Origin: Acidimicrobiia bacterium
GTDB taxonomy: Bacteria; Actinomycetota; Acidimicrobiia; Spongiisociales; ZC4RG35
NCBI GenBank assembly: GCA_965215185.1
Contig: OZ244034.1
Coordinates: 1,504,001-1,568,000, forward strand
DNA length: 64,000 nucleotides
Reading direction: 5' to 3'
The translations under genes were made by a program, and so were the position numbers. This document shows, piece after piece, positions 32,358-41,694 of this stretch; within the stretch, counting starts at the first letter, position 1, and every line of letters begins with the position of its first letter. The notes below the pieces were generated by a model that was not told the origin of the DNA, did not search any database, and saw only the letters and a program-made list of their open reading frames with translations.

Positions 32358-33658
32358 ATCTGCAAATGATCTGCCAGGTAGGCGGGTAGCCGGTCCACCC
32401 CGATCCGATCCTGGTGCATGGTGTCCCGATGGCGAACGGTTACCGACTGATCCTCCAGGGAGTCGAAATCGAAGGTGACGCACAGCGGTGTACCGATCTC
32501 ATCCTGGCGACGGTAACGCTTTCCTATGGACTGGGTTTCGTCGTATTCGACCGTCCACCGTTTTCCCAGGTCGTCGGCGATCCGGGAGGCCGGTTCCACC
32601 AACTGTGGTTTCCGGGAAAGCGGCAGAACCGCCACCTTATAGGGCGCCAGGCGCGGGTGAAGCCCGAGAACCACCCGCTCGGCGCCCCTCACCTGCTCGG
32701 TCCGGTAGGCGTCGGTCAAGAACGCGAAAGTGGTGCGGGTGGCGCCTGCCGCCGGTTCGATGACGAAGGGGACCACCCTGACGCCGGTGGTCTGGTCGAA
32801 ATAGCTCAGGTCCTGCCCGGAGTGCTCGGAGTGCCGTTTGAGGTCGAAGTCGGTCCGGTTGGCGATCCCCTCCAACTCATCCCACCCCCACGAGAACCGG
32901 TATTCCACATCCACCGTCTCCTGCGAGTAATGGGACAACTCATCAGCAGCATGCGGCCGGATCCGAAGATTGTCCGGATTCATCCCCAAATCCAAATACC
33001 ACCTACGCCGGACATCCACCCAGTATTCGAACCAATTTGAGGCTTCCGAAGGCAGGCAGAACCACTCCATCTCCATCTGCTCGAACTCCCGGGTTCGGAA
33101 TACGAATTGGCCGGGGGTGATCTCGTTGCGAAAGGATTTTCCGATCTGAGCCACGCCGAAGGGGAGCTTGCACCGGGTCACCCTCAGCACGTTCGCGAAG
33201 TTGATAAAGATTCCCTGAGCTGTCTCGGGGCGCAGATAAACCAGGTTGTCGTCGGTCTCCACCGGTCCCATATGGGTGCTAAGCATCAGGTTGAAGTGCC
33301 GCGGTTCGGTGAAGGTGTCCCGCTTGCCGCACGACGGGCACTGGTCGGCGCGGGCCAGTCGGTCCTGGCGGAAGCGTTGATGACAGTTGCGGCACTCCAC
33401 CAGTGGGTCGGTGAACACCTCCTCATGTCCAGAAGCCTGCCACACCCGCCGGGACTGAATGATGGCCGAGTCGATTCCCACCACGTCGCGGCGGGCGCTG
33501 ACCATCGATCGCCACCACTCGTTCTTCACGTTGCGTAGCAGTTCCACCCCCAATGGCCCGTAGTCGTAGGCGGAGCGCAGGCCACCGTATATCTCCGAAG
33601 AGGGAAAGGCGAACCCGCGGCGACGGGAGAGGTTGACGATGGTTTCCATACTGGTCAT
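32354..33658 (-). CDS. glyQS: Glycine--tRNA ligase (alpha2 type)
   Basis: SEIYGG, YLRPETAQG, GKSFRNEITPG, ELEGIANR, SIGKRYRRQDEIGTP. Confidence 0.97.
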   Translation of the reverse strand: MTSMETIVNLSRRRGFAFPSSEIYGGLRSAYDYGPLGVELLRNVKNEWWRSMVSARRDVVGIDSAIIQSRRVWQASGHEEVFTDPLVECRNCHQRFRQDRLARADQCPSCGKRDTFTEPRHFNLMLSTHMGPVETDDNLVYLRPETAQGIFINFANVLRVTRCKLPFGVAQIGKSFRNEITPGQFVFRTREFEQMEMEWFCLPSEASNWFEYWVDVRRRWYLDLGMNPDNLRIRPHAADELSHYSQETVDVEYRFSWGWDELEGIANRTDFDLKRHSEHSGQDLSYFDQTTGVRVVPFVIEPAAGATRTTFAFLTDAYRTEQVRGAERVVLGLHPRLAPYKVAVLPLSRKPQLVEPASRIADDLGKRWTVEYDETQSIGKRYRRQDEIGTPLCVTFDFDSLEDQSVTVRHRDTMHQDRIGVDRLPAYLADHLQI

Positions 33659-33707
33659 GATGTCAAAGACGAAGGCTACCGGAAACGGGGCCGACGGTGA
33701 CCGTCCT

Positions 33708-34430
33708 TTAGATCGGCTCCTGGATCCGCCCGAATCGCCGTTCCCTGCGGCGGTATTCCTCCAGCGCCTCCTCGAAGTGGCTCCGATTGAAATCGGGCCA
33801 CAGCACCTTGGTGAAGTACAGCTCGGCGTAGGCACCCTGCCACAGAAGAAAATTGGAGAGCCGATTCTCACCGGACGTCCGAATGATCAGGTCAACATCG
33901 GGCATCTGGGGGACGTGCAATCGAGCGGCCAGAGCCTGTTCGTCAACGTCCTCGGGGTGGATTCGTCCCGCCGCGACCTCTTCCGCCAGCCGCCGGGCAG
34001 CTTCTGCTATCTCCCGTCGACCCCCATAGTTGAAGGCCACCACCAGGTTCAAACCGTCATTGCCGGCGGTGAGTTCGCGGGTCTCCTCGATATGGCCGCG
34101 TACCGTGTCGGGTATCCGGGCGTCGGCAATATCGCCCGCGAAGTGCAGTCTCGCTCCCTTCTCCGCCAATTCCCGGCCCCGGCGCAGCAACATGTCGTCG
34201 CAGAATTCCATCAGGAACTCGACCTCGTCGGCTGAGCGCTGCCAATTCTCTGTGGAAAAGACGAACACTGTGAACCACTCGATTCCCGCCTCCAAGGCGC
34301 CTTCCAGCACATCCAGCAGCGCCCCCTCTCCCGCCATGTGCCCGGCCACCCTCGGCAGCCCCCGTTGGCGGGCCCAACGCCCGTTCCCATCCAGGATCAC
34401 CCCGACATGGCGAGGATTGGCGCCGCTCAT
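33708..34430 (-). CDS. uppS: Undecaprenyl/polyprenyl diphosphate synthase
   Basis: ILDGNGRWA, FSTENW, NYGGR, IRTSGE.RLSNFLLWQ. Confidence 0.96.
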   Translation of the reverse strand: MSGANPRHVGVILDGNGRWARQRGLPRVAGHMAGEGALLDVLEGALEAGIEWFTVFVFSTENWQRSADEVEFLMEFCDDMLLRRGRELAEKGARLHFAGDIADARIPDTVRGHIEETRELTAGNDGLNLVVAFNYGGRREIAEAARRLAEEVAAGRIHPEDVDEQALAARLHVPQMPDVDLIIRTSGENRLSNFLLWQGAYAELYFTKVLWPDFNRSHFEEALEEYRRRERRFGRIQEPI

Positions 34431-35146
34431 GAAAACGTGGCCACCGAGCGAAGGCTGCGGTCCAGATGGATTTCCAGAAACCGGGAGGCGACGCTCATGG
34501 CTTGCCGGGAAAGTTCGGCAGTGGTGAGGGGCAGTTCGCGCAGATCCGCCCGGGCCAGTTGGTGCAGATGGCCGGTGACCCCCGCCACCAGCCGGACCGA
34601 ACCTTGCGGGCGGCATCGTTCGCATACCACCCCTCCTCCCTCAAAACTGAACCTGGTGAGATCGTCCTCCCCACCGCAGGAAGCGCACCACGCCAATGCG
34701 GGCCCCACCCCCACCACCTCGGCCAGCCGCAGCAAAAAGGCGGTGATCAAACCCGAGACGTCCCCTGTCCCGCAGAGGGCCCCCAGCCCTTCGTTCAGCA
34801 GATCGAACAGTGACCGGGAACGCTGCTCGGGCTGAGCCGCGGCATCCACCGCGTTCACCATCATGGAGGCGGCGAGGAGACGATCCAGATCGGATCGCAA
34901 TTCCGGATAGGCCGCAATGACGGAAACCGAGGTGATCAGATCCAATTCCCGGCCCCGATACAACACCAATTCCACGTGACAGAACGGTTCCAAACGTCCT
35001 CTAAGCCGACTTTTGACCCGGCGGACCCCGCGAGCCACAGTGCGAAGCATCCCTCTCTCGGGGCTCAGCAAGACCACTACCCGGTCTGCCTCGCCGAAGG
35101 GATAGCTACGAAGCACCACCCCTTCCTGATGACTGATCTTGCTCAT
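34427..35146 (-). CDS. recO: DNA repair protein RecO
   Basis: GEADRVV, ARGVRR, CASCG...CERC zinc finger; recO-uppS synteny. Confidence 0.93.
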   Translation of the reverse strand: MSKISHQEGVVLRSYPFGEADRVVVLLSPERGMLRTVARGVRRVKSRLRGRLEPFCHVELVLYRGRELDLITSVSVIAAYPELRSDLDRLLAASMMVNAVDAAAQPEQRSRSLFDLLNEGLGALCGTGDVSGLITAFLLRLAEVVGVGPALAWCASCGGEDDLTRFSFEGGGVVCERCRPQGSVRLVAGVTGHLHQLARADLRELPLTTAELSRQAMSVASRFLEIHLDRSLRSVATFS

Positions 35147-35204
35147 ATGACAGAGTGGGTTCTGGGGGATGAAACTATCCGCCCAACTACCAGGCAGTGG
35201 GCTC

Positions 35205-36137
35205 TCACACCACCAGGTTAACCCATTTACCCTCTCCGCGGAAGGCTTGCAGGTTGGCGGCGAAGATTTCCGCCAGACGATCGGCGTACTCGGGAGAGAA
35301 CCCGCCCAGGTGGGGGGTGAGCACCACCTTGGGGTGCCGCCACAACAGCGACTCCTGGGGAGGGGGTTCAGGATCGGTGACATCCAACCCGGCGCCGCGC
35401 AGTTCTCCCAAGTCCAACGCGGACAACAGTGCCTCGGTGTCCACTACCGAACCCCGCCCCACATTCACGAACCACCCGTCCCCCAAAGCAGCGAACTCGG
35501 CCGCCCCCGCCTGGGGAGGCGCCCCCCTACCGTCCGGAAGGGCGCATATCACCGCATAGGACCGACGGAAGACTTCGATCGTCTGCTCAGGTCCGTACAC
35601 CTGGGAAGCGCATCCCTGGTAGGAGCTGGGGTCTCGCTTGGAGCCGATCACATTCATCCCCCACGCTTTGGCCCGCCAGGCGATCTCCTCTCCCACACTT
35701 CCCAGCCCCAGCACCCCCAGAGTCTTGCCCGCCAGTTCGTATCCCATCCCCTGCCTCCACAGCCCCCGCTCCGAGAAACGCACCGATTTGCCCACCCTTC
35801 GGGTAATAGCCAACAGCAGAGCAAAGGCGTGCTCCGCCACTGCCGGGGCGTTAGCGCCCCGTCCCGATGTCAAACGAATCCCGGCCGCGGCCAGTTGCTC
35901 GATGGGATAGTGGTCAAGCCCCGAGGAAATCGATTGAATCCAGCGCAGACCCAGGGAGAGGCACTCGTCCGTCCAGATGAAAGACACCAGGATCTCCACT
36001 CGGGGGTCGGTGAGACATTCGCTCAGACTGGCCAGATCAGGGGGTGACATCACCTCCACCCCCGGAACCTTCGCCAAGCTTTCGGGCACTCCCCGTGGGT
36101 GACAGGGATGAACCACCACCCGGTGGGAGGCGGTCAT
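35205..36137 (-). CDS. D-isomer-specific 2-hydroxyacid dehydrogenase
   Basis: VAEHA, GLGSVG Rossmann motif, NVGRG, LDVTDPEP, TPHLGG. Confidence 0.92.
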   Translation of the reverse strand: MTASHRVVVHPCHPRGVPESLAKVPGVEVMSPPDLASLSECLTDPRVEILVSFIWTDECLSLGLRWIQSISSGLDHYPIEQLAAAGIRLTSGRGANAPAVAEHAFALLLAITRRVGKSVRFSERGLWRQGMGYELAGKTLGVLGLGSVGEEIAWRAKAWGMNVIGSKRDPSSYQGCASQVYGPEQTIEVFRRSYAVICALPDGRGAPPQAGAAEFAALGDGWFVNVGRGSVVDTEALLSALDLGELRGAGLDVTDPEPPPQESLLWRHPKVVLTPHLGGFSPEYADRLAEIFAANLQAFRGEGKWVNLVV

Positions 36138-36150
36138 GGCCGGGCGGAGA

Positions 36151-36723
36151 TCATGATCCGAAGACGGCGTTCCACACACTGCCCAGTTCTTCCCACACCC
36201 GGCCCAGCGCCCACATCAGCAGCAGTCCCAACAGCGCCATACCCGCCCCGGTCAACAAGAACCGCATCCGGTACACCCATCGTTCCTCGAGAAGGTTGTA
36301 CCGGTAGGAAACGACTCCCGACGACCCCTCCCGCGAACCCGCCGATCCCATCCAGGACGGCCTCTCCCGCGGCCCCTCGGGCGGAGAGTCAAGAGGGTGT
36401 ACGGGCGGCGCCACCTCGGGTTGGGACAAGGTAGCCAGAGATTGACTTATGGTCATTCTCGGCTCCACCTGAGCCGGCGCCGAAAACCCGGCGGCCCGGG
36501 AAAGCAACCCCTCGGGGATCTCCAGAATCACCTCAAGCGAGCGAAGCAAGCCGGGATGCATGGGTATCTCAACTCCCTGTTCCCAGTCCTTGATCTGCCC
36601 CTGAGTGACCCCCAGTTGACGACCGATCTGCCTTCTCTTCAAACCGCGCCGACGACGAAAACTCTCCAGTATCTCCCCGAAACCGGGGCCCGTACCGGGT
36701 TGACGACTCATGCGTTGACTCAT
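36151..36723 (-). CDS. XRE-family HTH protein with C-terminal TM helix
   Basis: FGEILESFRRRRGL...IKDWEQG HTH; C-terminal hydrophobic helix. Confidence 0.72.
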   Translation of the reverse strand: MSQRMSRQPGTGPGFGEILESFRRRRGLKRRQIGRQLGVTQGQIKDWEQGVEIPMHPGLLRSLEVILEIPEGLLSRAAGFSAPAQVEPRMTISQSLATLSQPEVAPPVHPLDSPPEGPRERPSWMGSAGSREGSSGVVSYRYNLLEERWVYRMRFLLTGAGMALLGLLLMWALGRVWEELGSVWNAVFGS

Positions 36724-36773
36724 TATGGAAAAGAATACGGCACCGCGGGGGTTTGTGCGTACAACCCAGCCGG

Positions 36774-37196
36774 CTAGTGGGGGGGATTGGGGGGAACGCT
36801 GTCGGGCTCCGGTTGGGCGGTCACCCTCATCTCCCCCACCCCTTTCACATTCCAGCAGAGAGTGCGCCCCCCGGGCACCAGCATCCGAAAGGGGCCTCCT
36901 TTTTCCCGAGGAAGGCTCTCCGCGCCCAGTCCGTACACCACTACCCCTTTGGCGGACAGTTCCTCTATGGGTATGGACGCCCGGTACCCGCCGTCGCAGC
37001 TTTCCACCGACACAAAACCACCCCGAGGGCCCGAAGCCTCAAGGAGAGCACCAGCCGAGACGCCGCGACCTTCGGCCCCGGTCACCTGCCCCGATAGCCC
37101 AGCCAAATCGTCCATGCCCCATTCATCTGGTCTTTCCACCAGCCCGGTCACGCGAAGAACCGCCGCTTGGTCAGAATCCTGCTCGTGGCTCTTCAT
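36774..37196 (-). CDS. Small molybdopterin-binding (Oxidored_molyb, sulfite-oxidase-fold) domain protein
   Basis: LRVTGLVERP, GVS, SCDGGY, LPREKGGPFRMLVPG, NVKGV pattern. Confidence 0.72.
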   Translation of the reverse strand: MKSHEQDSDQAAVLRVTGLVERPDEWGMDDLAGLSGQVTGAEGRGVSAGALLEASGPRGGFVSVESCDGGYRASIPIEELSAKGVVVYGLGAESLPREKGGPFRMLVPGGRTLCWNVKGVGEMRVTAQPEPDSVPPNPPH

Positions 37197-37239
37197 GGTC
37201 CCATCACGGTACCAGCCTGACGCAGGTACCCTTGAGCCC

Positions 37240-37331
37240 GGAGGCGAGCGAGCGCCTGGTGGGCTCCCCGGTCTTCAAAACCGGTGGGGGGTCGCACGAC
37301 CCCCGGCGGGTTCGATTCCCGTCCGCCTCCG
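37240..37331 (+). tRNA. selC: tRNA-Sec (UCA)
   Basis: GGAGGCG/CGCCTCC acceptor, anticodon arm CCGGT-CTTCAAA-ACCGG, long variable arm GGGGGTCG/CGACCCCC, T-loop TTCGATT, discriminator G; followed by CTA rather than CCA. Confidence 0.95.
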
Positions 37332-38033
37332 CTAGAACACCGCTATTTCCCCAGGTCAGAGCGTTACCTTGCCGGGTCGTTATCCGTTATGCCATCAACA
37401 CCCGTTTGGAAGAACGGAGGAGGAGCCCAGACCGCCCGGCGCATTGCCTTCTCCCCTACCTTGGGATCTCACAGTGGGAGGGCCTTCCTCTCCCAAGCCT
37501 GAATCCCGTTGTGTTTGTGCGGCCGCAGGGCGAATCGCTTCAATGGATTGGATCGGCAAGCTATATGTTCCCGAGCTGCGAGCGACTCAGCTGTAGCCTT
37601 GCCATGGGTCACTACGGCGGCTGTGCGGCTGAACTCCTGCAAAGCGACACCTGGAACCCTCATGAGTGTCCATGACCTCCGTCTCGTCTTGCCAAACCCG
37701 TCGGGGGGCGGAGCGAGGGAAAGCAGACTATCCGGATTTTGGCCACCTCGAAGTGCGAAGTCAATGATCTCCGTCCATACGATCAGATATATAGCACTAC
37801 TGAAGTATCTCGTGTATGCGGTCATACCCGTATGGCATGGCGGATGCATCGCATGGGGAATAAGCTGCCACATCATGGTTGTCGGTAGAGTACTCAGCAG
37901 TGGGTTCCCAGTCCTGGAAAGCCAAATTGGTCGTCTCCTGCTCGATTCCTAGTCGGAATGGTGTCGCGATGGCTTGTATCAGACATGATCTGCGACCAGC
38001 AATAATGCTCGCCTGTGTTGCGCCTGGCGTAAC

Positions 38034-38255
38034 GTGATATGGATAGTCGTCTCCTTGCTGCTGGCCACCCTCGGGGTGATCGTCCTCATCTATACATGGG
38101 ACGCGATGACTGACCTATTCGAGCATGGCCGCAACCCAAAGAAGCTGGTCAACAGGTTTTCAGTGCGACCGGAGCGGATCGGGCGACCCACCTACCGGTT
38201 GACGTTGGAACTGCCGATAGTGACGCTTGGAAGAGAATCGCGGTGTCGCTGGTAG
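38034..38255 (+). CDS. Hypothetical small membrane protein
   Basis: 73-aa ORF with one strong N-terminal hydrophobic helix; no recognisable family. Confidence 0.35.
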   Translation: MIWIVVSLLLATLGVIVLIYTWDAMTDLFEHGRNPKKLVNRFSVRPERIGRPTYRLTLELPIVTLGRESRCRW

Positions 38256-38761
38256 ACGAGAAAGGCCCCACGCGCCAGGTGATCGAAGAAGGCAAAGGAG
38301 ACGCCAGGGAGTTACTGGCAGACGTACGGAGCAAACGAGCCGGAAAGGCCCGCTTCCCCCTGCTCAGAGGACCGAAGATAGCTCCGATGTGGGTACGGAT
38401 TATGGCCGCTCCGGGCGGAGCGGCCATAAGGTACATGGAAACCATCCCGGTGGCGGTTGATGTGCATGTGCGCAGGGTTACCGAGAACCTGGGAGTCACC
38501 GATACCCGAGGCCTAACCCTAGGGAGAGATGTGAAACGCCGGATTCAGTCAGCATGGCAGGAGGCAGTCTCCGTCGCTGATTTCGGTGGACCACTCCAGA
38601 TTGCCGGTACCTGCGCGGCTCTCGATCCTGCTCTGTGGCTCTTCGGCGCTCGCGGTTGCAGTGTCTGCGAAAAGCAGGACCACCGGATACCGATCAGCAA
38701 GGCTTGTAACAGTTGCCAGTTATTCGACGTTCCGCGAGCAGCGGGTTCTGGTTCTCGTTAG
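38213..38761 (+). pseudogene. Probably 5'-truncated HhH-GPD/EndoIII-like DNA glycosylase-family gene with C-terminal Cys cluster
   Basis: FPLLRGPKIA (HhH-like), PVAVDVHVRRV, LDPALWLFG, CxxC...CxxC; frame is protein-like back to about 38213 (ADSDAWKRI) but has no start codon between TGA 38111 and GTG 38243. Confidence 0.55.
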
Positions 38762-39138
38762 GGGCACCTTGTGGGGCAGCGTCCCAGAAGTCAGTAATGG
38801 ATCGTGGGTCCGGAAGAATAAGGGAATGGCCCTCTCGTCCGGCCATGTGGCAGCGATCCTGGTCGGAGCGGCGCTCTTGAGTCCCTTGTACACAAGAAAG
38901 CCCACCAAGATAGCTCCTCAGGATGAGTCCGACGGCGACGCGCCCGGAGTGGCAACGACCCGATGGGACGGGATCTGAAGCGGGCTTGAGACTGGTTCGC
39001 CCGGGGCGCGCCTTCATTTTCAGCTAAGCGTTCCGGTCACTCCCCTCTCGCTGGGTTGTGTAATGCGGCCGATGGTCCAGACCCAAGGACGAAGGAATAT
39101 TATTGGATCCCTCCAGCACCACGCTGAAAGGATCTTCA

Positions 39139-40209
39139 ATGCCGACATCTGGACTCCCTTCAGGAGAACGGCAAGGAACCGTCATGACAGTGACGGGCCC
39201 GGTAGCCGCCTCCGACATTGGAACAACACTCGTTCACGAACACATCTTCCTCGACATGCGACACGCTTACAAGGAGGACAATCCTGACGCTCAGTACGGC
39301 CCACCGGAGATTCACGTGCTGGGAGAATGGCGCCGCGACTACTCAAAGTTCCCGGACTTCATGGTCCTTGACGAAGTCGATCTAGCCATCTCCGAGATAT
39401 CCGAATTCGCCGAGTACGGCGGGAAGACCATCGTGGATGCAACTCCGATCGGTCCTCGCCCTCGATCCCCGCACCTCTACCCGACCGGCATCAGGGCAGT
39501 GTCTTTAGCTGTAGGTATCAATGTGATCGCTGGATGCGGATACTATATCCAGGCTTCCCATCCGGAGTACGTGAGCACGTCAAGTTCCCGGTCCCTGGCC
39601 GAGGGGATCCTCTCCGAGATAGAGGACGGCATCGAGGGGACCGGCATCAGACCTGGTGTGATCGGCGAGATCGGACTAAGCCAGCCCGTTGAAGAAGACG
39701 AGTGGAAGGTCCTCGAAGCCGCATGCGTGGCGCAGAAACAGACGGGCCTCCCGCTCTACATACACCCCTATTTCGGAGCGAGGAGCAGGATCGCTCCCGA
39801 GGTCGCCCATTTCGTACTTCGTAAAGGTGTGGACCCCCAGAAGATCAACATGTGTCATATGGACGGCTACATGAACCTCGACTACCAAAGACGTGTGGCC
39901 GACCTGGGCGTGTTCATCTCATTTGACAATTTCGGCCTGGAGAACTACTACGACTCCATCGACTTCAGCTACAACAGCCACGACTCCCAGCGTCACGAAC
40001 ACTTGCTCCAGTTGCTGGCTCTCGGGTACGGCGATCAGATACTGATCTCCCAGGACACCTGCTACAAGACTCAGCTCATACGGTACGGAGGTTACGGATA
40101 CGCACACATCCTCCGCAATATCGTGCCTGCCCTACGTCATGCCGGGGTTAACGACACAACGTTGGAACGCATCCTGGTCAAGAACCCGCAACAGCTGCTT
40201 AGCCATTAG
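39139..40209 (+). CDS. Phosphotriesterase-related (PTE/PHP) amidohydrolase
   Basis: VMTVTGPV, TLVHEHIF, IVDATP, GVIGEIG, MCHMD, ISQD, YGGYGY; GAAAGGA RBS. Confidence 0.92.
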   Translation: MPTSGLPSGERQGTVMTVTGPVAASDIGTTLVHEHIFLDMRHAYKEDNPDAQYGPPEIHVLGEWRRDYSKFPDFMVLDEVDLAISEISEFAEYGGKTIVDATPIGPRPRSPHLYPTGIRAVSLAVGINVIAGCGYYIQASHPEYVSTSSSRSLAEGILSEIEDGIEGTGIRPGVIGEIGLSQPVEEDEWKVLEAACVAQKQTGLPLYIHPYFGARSRIAPEVAHFVLRKGVDPQKINMCHMDGYMNLDYQRRVADLGVFISFDNFGLENYYDSIDFSYNSHDSQRHEHLLQLLALGYGDQILISQDTCYKTQLIRYGGYGYAHILRNIVPALRHAGVNDTTLERILVKNPQQLLSH

Positions 40210-40356
40210 CCCCTGATTCTGGCAGCCCTTCCTCGGGAGGCCGGCCTTGCTCCCGTCGGACCGACCTCCGACAGGACATACCAAGCTCATTCTCTTGCCA
40301 TTTGTCGTTGAGAGGTCCAGAGATGAGACTTAGAACGTCACTGAATCACGCCGATG

Positions 40357-41673
40357 TGAATCGCGCCGGGTTTGGTAGAGACTTTGATGGTCCCCCGGTT
40401 TCGTGGAGTCAGCTCACTTGGATCAGTGGTGTGAAGGTTGTGGTGTTGTTGTGGTTTCTTTCGTATTCGATGGGGGTGCGCATTTCCAGTGCGGTGTGGC
40501 GCTGGTGGCGGTTGTGGAAGATCTCTAGGTACTCGAAGATAGCGTTGGCGAGTTCGATACGGGTTCTCCACCTCCTGCGGTCCAACAGCTCGACTTGCAT
40601 ACGAGCCCAAAACGATTCCATGGTGGCGTTGTCGAAACAGTCTCCAACGGTTCCCATGGACGGAACCAGACCGGATTCGAGGGCCCGTTGGGTGAACGCC
40701 CAGGAGGTGAATTGGGTGCCCTGGTCCGAATGTATGACCGTGCCGGGGTCGGGTTGGCGGTTCCCGATTGCCATACCTAACGCGGAGGTGACCAGTCTGG
40801 AGGTGGCCGTGTTGTCGATCGACCAGCCGACGACCCGGCGGCCCGTACACGTCCAGCACCACCGCGCAGTACACCTTGCGCTTGCCTGGTGGGATGCTCT
40901 GTGATATCGGTCACCCACAGTTGGTCCGGTTCGAAACGGGCGAAGTTGCGGTCGACCAGGTCCACTGGCGTGTCTGCGGGGCGGGTCCGCCGTCTGGGAC
41001 TTCGGTCACCTACTAAGACCAGCTAGACCGGCTCTGCGCATCAGCATCACTACTGCGTTGTGTCCGACGGTTATTCCATGACCCAACCGCAGTTCGGCGT
41101 GCACCCGCCGCGCCCCATAGGTGCCGCATGACTGTTGGTGGATGTGGTAGATCATGTCGGTAAGCCAGGCGTGGCGGATGGAACGGGCTGACGGCGGTCG
41201 AGACCTCCAGGCGTAGAACCCGGACTGTGACACTTCGAGCACTCGACACGCCACCTGGGTGGGAAGCCCTTCGGTTCTCATGGTCCGGATCGCCTGGTAG
41301 CGTCTTTTGGGGACACCACCTGGTCTCCCAGCAGTTCAATAGCCCGTTTCGTCACGGCCAGTTCGGTTTCCCCGACGGCGAGCGGCCCACAGTTCGGCCT
41401 GTTCCTCCGAAGTGGCACCCGGTTGTAGACCGCGGTCGATTCGGTCTTGACGCCGCCAGTTGTAGATCGTCTGATCAGACACCCCCAGATCCGCTGACAA
41501 CGACGCTACCGACCTACCAACTGCAATCAGGTCGAGCACCCTGCGACGGAACTCGGGTGGATATCGATAAGGCATGAAGACTCCTTTCGGGTCAGTCACA
41601 CCACCAATTCAAATAACCCGACTCCACCAAAGTGGGGTACCACCAAACCCTCTATGAAACCCGGCACGGTTCA
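40357..41673 (-). mobile_element. Degenerate IS3-family insertion sequence with nested double terminal IRs
   Basis: TG...CA ends; TGAATCGCGCCGGGTTTGGTAGAG matches the reverse complement TGAACCGTGCCGGGTTTCATAGAG; a second inner IR pair; no flanking direct repeat seen. Confidence 0.9.
40409..41575 (-). pseudogene. IS3-family transposase OrfA/OrfB, multiply frameshifted
   Basis: Pieces in different frames: YPPEFRRRVL...TIYNWRRQ (OrfA HTH), YGARRV, LWVTDITE, HSDQG, DNATMESF (DDE). Confidence 0.9.
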
Positions 41674-41694
41674 CACAGCCTTGGACTGGAATGG

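Noticed and set aside
37395-37673. - strand ORF with GGAGG RBS and in-frame TGA (37587-37589) near selC, a possible selenoprotein
   Set aside because: The readthrough product is not protein-like, has no redox motif, and no convincing SECIS hairpin follows the TGA.
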